The position numbers and the translations under genes were made by a program. From the NCBI GenBank assembly GCA_965601925.1, contig OZ271854.1:3392001-3456000 (forward strand): a stretch of DNA of 64,000 bases. Reading direction: 5' to 3'. This DNA comes from Alkalispirochaeta sp. (GTDB lineage: Bacteria > Spirochaetota > Spirochaetia > DSM-27196 > Alkalispirochaetaceae). The notes beneath the pieces were generated by a model. That model was not told where the DNA came from and did not search any database. It saw only the letters and a program-made list of their open reading frames with translations. Positions 58,367 through 64,000 of the stretch are shown here, one piece after another (position 1 is the first letter of the stretch; every line of letters begins with the position of its first letter).

Positions 58367-59558
58367 TATGCCTGACGACGGGAAGAATATCGTGCGGGAC
58401 AAAATCGATCAGGCTCTCTCGTATATGCGCGATGAAAGCGTGGATCTGTGGATCATCTACGCGAGCGACCGCAGCGATCCGGTGTTGCCGCTGATACCGG
58501 GCGTCGCAACGGTGGGCCCCGGGGCCTTTCTCTTCGCCGCCGACGGCACTCGACACGCCGTATGCAGCGCCATCGACGCCCAGGATATCGAAGAGTCGGG
58601 GCTCTTCGACACCGTCTCGTCGTACGTCGCCACCGAGAGCATCGAGACGCCCTTGCGCGCCGCAGTTGCCTCCACGCCTCACCGACGCGTAGCGCTCAAC
58701 GTTTCGCAGGATTCGCCTCTATGCGACGGCCTCACCGAGGGGCGCTATCGGAGCCTCGTCGCAATGCTAGGCGGAGATGCGTTCGACGGCGAGTTCGTCT
58801 CCTCCGAGCGATTTCTCACGCGCGTGCGGAGCATCAAGTCGGAAGGGGAGATCGCTGCGATTCGCCGTGCGATCGAGGTCACGTGCGACATATATGATGA
58901 GGTGTTCGCCCGGCTGCATGTCGGGCTCACCGAGTATCAGATCGGTGCGTTCTTTGTGGAGGCGATGCGGCGACGCGGAGTAGTTAACGGCATAGACCGT
59001 AGTCTCAGTATGCCGATCGTCATGAAGGAGCGCTTTGCTCACCGGGCGCCGGGGGAGGCTATCGTCGAGGCGGGTGACCTCCTGATCATGGACTTCTCAG
59101 TCGAGGTGGACGAGTACGTTTCCGACATTGCGCGAACCGTCTATTTTCTGCGCCCCGGCGAGGGTGCGCCGCCGGAGGTGGTGCAGACGGCTTTCGACGC
59201 GGTTCACGGGGCGGTGACATCGGCGTTCCGGGCTATTCGGCCGGGTGTGCAAGGCTATGAGGTCGATCGCGCCGCCCGCAATTATCTTCTCGGACGGGGG
59301 TATCCGGAGATAACCCACGCCACGGGACACCAGGTCGGGAGGGCCGTGCACGACGGCGGGGTCCTCTTGGGACCTCAATGGGCGCGCTACGGTTCGGCGC
59401 CGAACGGCGTCATCGAGGAGGGGATGGTATTCACCATCGAGCCCACGATCATCGGTGAGGGTCGGCCCTCTTTCATCGTCGAGGATATCTGCGCCGTCCG
59501 CGAGGACGGTGCGGAGTTTCTCTCACGACGCCAAGATGAGCTCATACTCATCCGATAG
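58353..59558 (+). CDS. M24 peptidase, copy 2 (start 58353 or 58368)
   Basis: RSIKS, DFSVEVDEYVSDIART, GHQVGRAVHD, FTIEP. Confidence 0.9.
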   Translation: MPEDDMPDDGKNIVRDKIDQALSYMRDESVDLWIIYASDRSDPVLPLIPGVATVGPGAFLFAADGTRHAVCSAIDAQDIEESGLFDTVSSYVATESIETPLRAAVASTPHRRVALNVSQDSPLCDGLTEGRYRSLVAMLGGDAFDGEFVSSERFLTRVRSIKSEGEIAAIRRAIEVTCDIYDEVFARLHVGLTEYQIGAFFVEAMRRRGVVNGIDRSLSMPIVMKERFAHRAPGEAIVEAGDLLIMDFSVEVDEYVSDIARTVYFLRPGEGAPPEVVQTAFDAVHGAVTSAFRAIRPGVQGYEVDRAARNYLLGRGYPEITHATGHQVGRAVHDGGVLLGPQWARYGSAPNGVIEEGMVFTIEPTIIGEGRPSFIVEDICAVREDGAEFLSRRQDELILIR

Positions 59559-59566
59559 GAGCAGAC

Positions 59567-60526
59567 ATGGGGCGCTACATTGTGCGGCGGGTTCTTAACG
59601 CGATTCCTATTCTCATCGGTATCACGTTGTTGACGTTTCTCATTATGCAGTTAGCCCCCGGAAATCCGTTGCAGACGATGATCGATCCCAGGATTTCGCC
59701 GGAGGAGGTTGCGCGGGCCGAACGCAGTCTCGGGATGGATCGAGCGGCAATCGTTCAGTATTTCACGTGGTTGGGACAAATTCTCAAGGGTAATATGGGT
59801 TACACGGTGCGTACCGGACAACCGGTCGCGCGGCTCATTCTGGAGCGGCTGCCGGCGACGCTCTATTTGACGATTAGCGCCTTTGTCCTCAGTTTTACGC
59901 TCGGTGTGCCTTTGGGAGTCTACAGTGCGACCCACAAGTACTCCCTGGGAGATTACTCGCTCACCGTGTTCGCCTTTATCGGTATCTCGATCCCCTCGTT
60001 TTTCTTCGGTTTGGGACTCATCTTTCTCTTTGCCCTACGCGTGGGCGTGCTCCCGGCCGGCGGTATGTATACCATCGGCGCCAGGCTCACCGGCTGGGCG
60101 GCCTTCGTCGACCGGATCCGCCATCTCTTGCTGCCGGCGGTGGTACTGGCCCTGCCGAATCTCGCGACCGTCATGCGATTTACTCGTTCCAGTATGGTCG
60201 ACGTACTCAAGAACGACTACATACGTACCGCTCGCGCCAAAGGTGTCCGCGCGCGGGTGGTGCGCTACAAGCACGCCTTGCGCAACGCCCTCATTCCGGT
60301 AGTGACCGTCTTCGGCCTCTCGATTCCCTTTCTCTTCGGAGGCGCATATATCACCGAACAGATCTTCAACTGGCCCGGCATGGGGAGTCTGGGTATTCAG
60401 GCGATATTCTCGCGCGAGCATCCGATTCTGATGGGGCTCAATCTCATCACCGCCACGCTCGTCCTCGCCGGTAACCTCGTTGCCGACGTGTTGTACGCGG
60501 CGGTCGATCCGAGGATTCGGTACTAA
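59567..60526 (+). CDS. Peptide ABC permease (OppB/DppB-like)
   Basis: RYIVRR, DYIRTARAKG, HALRNAL, DPRIR. Confidence 0.93.
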   Translation: MGRYIVRRVLNAIPILIGITLLTFLIMQLAPGNPLQTMIDPRISPEEVARAERSLGMDRAAIVQYFTWLGQILKGNMGYTVRTGQPVARLILERLPATLYLTISAFVLSFTLGVPLGVYSATHKYSLGDYSLTVFAFIGISIPSFFFGLGLIFLFALRVGVLPAGGMYTIGARLTGWAAFVDRIRHLLLPAVVLALPNLATVMRFTRSSMVDVLKNDYIRTARAKGVRARVVRYKHALRNALIPVVTVFGLSIPFLFGGAYITEQIFNWPGMGSLGIQAIFSREHPILMGLNLITATLVLAGNLVADVLYAAVDPRIRY

Positions 60527-60529
60527 GGA

Positions 60530-61450
60530 ATGGCGACGATGCACGAAACACCCGCCGCCGACCCCGATTACGAACTCGCCCCGGAGCCGTACGGATTCCA
60601 CGTATACGCGTGGCGTCGGTTCCGTAGGAACGGGCTTGCCGTCGGTGGGTTGGTATTTCTCGCATTGTTGATTCTGATTGCCGTAGCCGGCCCGGTGATC
60701 GCTCCCTACGATCCGTACATTTCGCTGCGTCAGGCGGACGGGTCCCTGAGCGTTCTGGCGCCACCCTCAGAGGAGCATCTACTGGGGACCGACAGCTTGG
60801 GGCGCGACGTCCTGAGCCGTATGATCTACGGCGGGCGCGTCTCTCTCAGCGTCGGATTCGTTGCGGTCGTGATCGCCGTCGGCATCGGTATGATTCTCGG
60901 CTCTCTCGCCGGGTACTACGGATCGTGGGTGGACGCGATAGTGATGCGCCTCGTAGATGTGATTATCTCTTTTCCGGTGTTGTTTCTCATCATCACCATC
61001 TCCACGTTGGTCCGTCCCAACGTGTACACCGCCATGGTCGTGATCGGTCTCGTGCAATGGACCAACACGGCGCGGCTGGTGCGGGGGGAGATCTTACGCG
61101 TCAGGGAGTACGAGTTTATAGAGGCGACACGCGCCCTCGGCGCGAAAGGCGGTCGGATCATCGCTCTGCATATCGTCCCGAGTATCATGGCGCCGGTGGT
61201 CGTCCAGGCGACGCTCCAAATTGCGCGCGCGATACTGACGGAGGCCTCCTTGAGTTTTCTCGGCGTCGGGGTGCAGCAGCCGGTGCCGAGCTGGGGCAAC
61301 ATGCTCAACGAGGCGATGAGTCTCACCGTGCTCGCGACCAAGGTATGGATATGGCTCCCGCCGGGACTTGCGATACTACTCACGGTGCTGAGCATTAACT
61401 TCGTCGGCGACGGTCTGCGCGACGCCCTCGACCCCAAGCAGGAACGGTGA
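60530..61450 (+). CDS. Peptide ABC permease (OppC/DppC-like)
   Basis: HLLGTDSLGRD, EASLSFLG, GDGLRDALDP. Confidence 0.93.
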   Translation: MATMHETPAADPDYELAPEPYGFHVYAWRRFRRNGLAVGGLVFLALLILIAVAGPVIAPYDPYISLRQADGSLSVLAPPSEEHLLGTDSLGRDVLSRMIYGGRVSLSVGFVAVVIAVGIGMILGSLAGYYGSWVDAIVMRLVDVIISFPVLFLIITISTLVRPNVYTAMVVIGLVQWTNTARLVRGEILRVREYEFIEATRALGAKGGRIIALHIVPSIMAPVVVQATLQIARAILTEASLSFLGVGVQQPVPSWGNMLNEAMSLTVLATKVWIWLPPGLAILLTVLSINFVGDGLRDALDPKQER

Positions 61451-61457
61451 GTCGGCT

Positions 61458-61790
61458 ATGAGTATGACGACGCGATGGGAACGATGCCTCGCCTTAGCGA
61501 CGGAGCAAGACGCCGACGCGGTGTTGGTAACCTCTGCCGAGAATCGGCGCTATCTCAGCGGATTTACCGGAAGCAACGGCGTGCTTTACATCTCACCGAC
61601 GCGACGACTGCTCGTTACCGACCGGCGATACGGTTATCAGGCGGAACGTGAGGCTCCGGGATGGGATGTCACACTACACGGTCTCGACCGCGAGCGCGAC
61701 GTGGCGTGCATCGTCGCCGCCGGTGTTCGCGCCGCGTATCCCCACGCGACGCCGGGCCCACGGCGCTCGGTGCGATGTCCGAGTTGGTAG
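61458..61790 (+). pseudogene. Truncated aminopeptidase P / creatinase N-terminal domain
   Basis: ENRRYLSGFTGSNG...VTDRRY..QAERE, then non-homologous tail and stop; no catalytic M24 domain. Confidence 0.7.
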
Positions 61791-61797
61791 TCGAGCG

Positions 61798-62805
61798 ATG
61801 AAAGGGAAGGCCGAAATGCCGTGCGTACTCGAGGTCGACAATTTGCAAACGCAGTTTTTCTCCGACGATGGGACGATCACGGCGGTGGACTCCGTGTCAT
61901 TTCGTATGCACCGCGGAGAGACGCTCGGGATCGTCGGAGAGTCGGGGTGCGGCAAAAGCGCAACCTCCCTCTCGATCATGCGCCTCCTCCCCGAGCACTC
62001 GGGGAGGGTCACCGGCGGCCGCATTCTCTTGGGCGGGACCAATCTTCTGGACTTATCGGAGGAGGAGATGCGTACCGTCCGGGGCAATCGCATATCCATG
62101 ATCTTCCAAGAGCCGATGACGAGTCTCAATCCGGTCTACTCCGTGGGCGATCAAATCGAGGAGGCGATCTCCTCTCACGAGGATGTGAGTCGCAAGGAGG
62201 CCAGAGACAGAACCGTTGAGCTCCTGAGGATCGTGGGGATTCCCGCGCCCGAGCGGCGCCGCGCCTCGTATCCGTTCCAAATGAGCGGCGGTATGCGCCA
62301 GCGAGTGATGATCGCCATGGCGATGGCGTGTAACCCCGACGTCTTGATCGCCGACGAGCCGACCACGGCGCTGGACGTGACGATCCAAGCGCAAATTCTC
62401 GAGCTCATGCAACGAACCCAGGATGAGTTCGGTACGGCGATTCTCTTCATCACCCACGATCTGGGCGTCATTGCCGAGGTCGCCGACCGCGTGGCGGTGA
62501 TGTACGCCGGGCAAATCGTCGAGGCCGGGGGAGTAGAAGATATCTTCTACGCTCCGAAGCACCCCTACACACAGGGTCTCTTGAAGTCCATACCGACCGT
62601 CGAAGGGTCTGCGGAACGTTTGGAGACGATCGCCGGAACGGTGCCGAGTTCACGGCATGTGCCCGCCGGATGCCGCTTTCACCCGCGGTGCCCCCACGCA
62701 CGGGCGATGTGTCGTGACCGGATGCCCGACCAGATCGTCGTAGGAGACGAACATACCGCGCGGTGCCTTCAATACACGCACGCATGGAGGGGCACCGATG
62801 AATAA
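61798..62805 (+). CDS. Peptide ABC ATPase (OppD/DppD-like; start 61798 or 61816)
   Basis: [33 protein letters not shown]. Confidence 0.93.
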   Translation: MKGKAEMPCVLEVDNLQTQFFSDDGTITAVDSVSFRMHRGETLGIVGESGCGKSATSLSIMRLLPEHSGRVTGGRILLGGTNLLDLSEEEMRTVRGNRISMIFQEPMTSLNPVYSVGDQIEEAISSHEDVSRKEARDRTVELLRIVGIPAPERRRASYPFQMSGGMRQRVMIAMAMACNPDVLIADEPTTALDVTIQAQILELMQRTQDEFGTAILFITHDLGVIAEVADRVAVMYAGQIVEAGGVEDIFYAPKHPYTQGLLKSIPTVEGSAERLETIAGTVPSSRHVPAGCRFHPRCPHARAMCRDRMPDQIVVGDEHTARCLQYTHAWRGTDE

Positions 62806-63802
62806 GTATCTTCTCCGCGTGGAGGAGCTCACAAAGTACTTCCCCGCAAAGAGGGGGCTTGCGATCGGGACGAGACCCGTGGTGCGCGCCGTCGACGGCG
62901 TGAGCTTGTCGATCCGCGCCGGCGAGACGCTCGGTCTGGTGGGCGAGTCGGGTTCCGGAAAGTCGACGCTGGGCCGTACCGTCCTACGCCTCTTGGAGCC
63001 GACCTCGGGACGCATCGAGTTCGACGGCTCGGACATCGTCCACATGGGGGGCGAGGAGCTCAGGCGATGGCGGCGGGAGGCGCAGATCATCTTCCAGGAC
63101 CCGTACGCCTCGCTGAATCCCCGTATGACCGTGGGACGAATCATATCCGAGGCCTTTGCCATACACGGTCTGTACCGCCGGTCCGAGCGCAATGAGCGCG
63201 TGCGGCAACTACTCGATGAGGTCGGTCTCCGGAGTGAACACGCCAAGCGGCATCCCCACGAGTTCTCCGGCGGACAGCGGCAGCGGATCGGGATCGCACG
63301 CGGAATCGCCTTGCATCCCCGATTTATCGTATGCGACGAGCCGGTCTCCGCCCTCGACGTCTCGATCCAAGCCCAAATCGTCAACCTTTTGAAGAGCTTA
63401 CAGCGGCGCCATGGGCTGTCGTATCTGTTCATCGCCCACGATCTCGGAGTCGTGCGCCACATTAGTGACCGTATCGCGGTGATGTATCTTGGAAAAGTCG
63501 TCGAGATCGCCGACCGAGACGAACTCATCGACCGCGCCTTGCACCCTTACACGCAAGCGCTTCTCTCGGCAATCCCGCGCCCGGAGCCCGGGAGGAGGCG
63601 AACGCGCGTCGTTCTCGCAGGTGATATTCCCTCGCCGGCCGACCCGCCCACCGGGTGTCGATTTCATACACGCTGCCCCCTCGCGACCGAGCGCTGCCGC
63701 ATCGAAGAGCCGGCCCTCACGGAGTATGCGCCGGGGCACGTCGCGGCGTGTCACTACGTAGAGGAACACGGGAGGCCCGACATACACGCGGTATCCGGTT
63801 GA
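62798..63802 (+). CDS. Peptide ABC ATPase (OppF/DppF-like)
   Basis: [34 protein letters not shown]. Confidence 0.94.
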   Translation: MNKYLLRVEELTKYFPAKRGLAIGTRPVVRAVDGVSLSIRAGETLGLVGESGSGKSTLGRTVLRLLEPTSGRIEFDGSDIVHMGGEELRRWRREAQIIFQDPYASLNPRMTVGRIISEAFAIHGLYRRSERNERVRQLLDEVGLRSEHAKRHPHEFSGGQRQRIGIARGIALHPRFIVCDEPVSALDVSIQAQIVNLLKSLQRRHGLSYLFIAHDLGVVRHISDRIAVMYLGKVVEIADRDELIDRALHPYTQALLSAIPRPEPGRRRTRVVLAGDIPSPADPPTGCRFHTRCPLATERCRIEEPALTEYAPGHVAACHYVEEHGRPDIHAVSG

Positions 63803-63897
63803 GCGTTCCCGTCACGTTCGGAAGTTCTGCCGCACGACGATATCTCGACTAGGTATCTCGGAAAATGGGTGAGGATCTTGGATTACGGTGAGACGCG

Positions 63898-64000
63898 ATG
63901 ATTACGGTGAACGCCCTTTCGTATCGATACCGGACAACGGCGAGGATGCCGTACGCGATCTATCGTTCTCGATTCCGCGGTCACACGTGTTCGGATTTCT
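63898..64000 (+). CDS. 5' end of a probable ABC ATPase, with an apparent frameshift near 63930
   Basis: MITVNALSYRY, then in the -1 frame PDNGEDAVRDLSFSIPRSHVFGF. Confidence 0.5.
   Translation, partial: MITVNALSYRYRTTARMPYAIYRSRFRGHTCSDF

Noticed and set aside
1..64000. tRNA, rRNA, IS, integrase or prophage genes
   Set aside because: No such motifs recognised by eye; tRNAscan-SE, Infernal and ISEScan would be needed to exclude small or divergent elements.

Overview
High-GC bacterial chromosomal window, probably a free-living spirochaete (inferred from FAGGxxE-type leaders on both solute-binding proteins, cheX and several MCPs). It is almost fully coding; I see no rRNA, tRNA, cas genes, transposase or phage genes. 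In order: an HtrA-like protein with a degenerate catalytic triad and a STAS pair; a 10 kb block of small regulator/detoxification genes; an MCP, LacI, a sugar ABC transporter and a debranching glucosidase; HD-GYP and oxidoreductases; a chemosensory block (MCP, secreted repeat protein, CheY, CheX, membrane-bound CheA-like kinase without P5); GntR/MFS; an hcp nitrosative-stress locus; and a Rid/peptide-ABC/duplicated M20-M24 peptidase cluster. The most striking feature is the hcp locus. A Cys-free Crp/Fnr regulator sits beside a permease-less trio (DUF1858-SBP, UreG/HypB-like GTPase, ABC ATPase). A non-coding 62-63 bp tandem array of nine hairpin palindromes separates that trio from hcp; its arms are FNR half-sites, they show compensatory substitutions, and the terminal copy is a correctly spaced FNR box at the hcp promoter. 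A second notable feature is an 84 bp in-frame structured insertion inside a transglutaminase-like gene. All family calls come from motif recognition by eye, not database searches.
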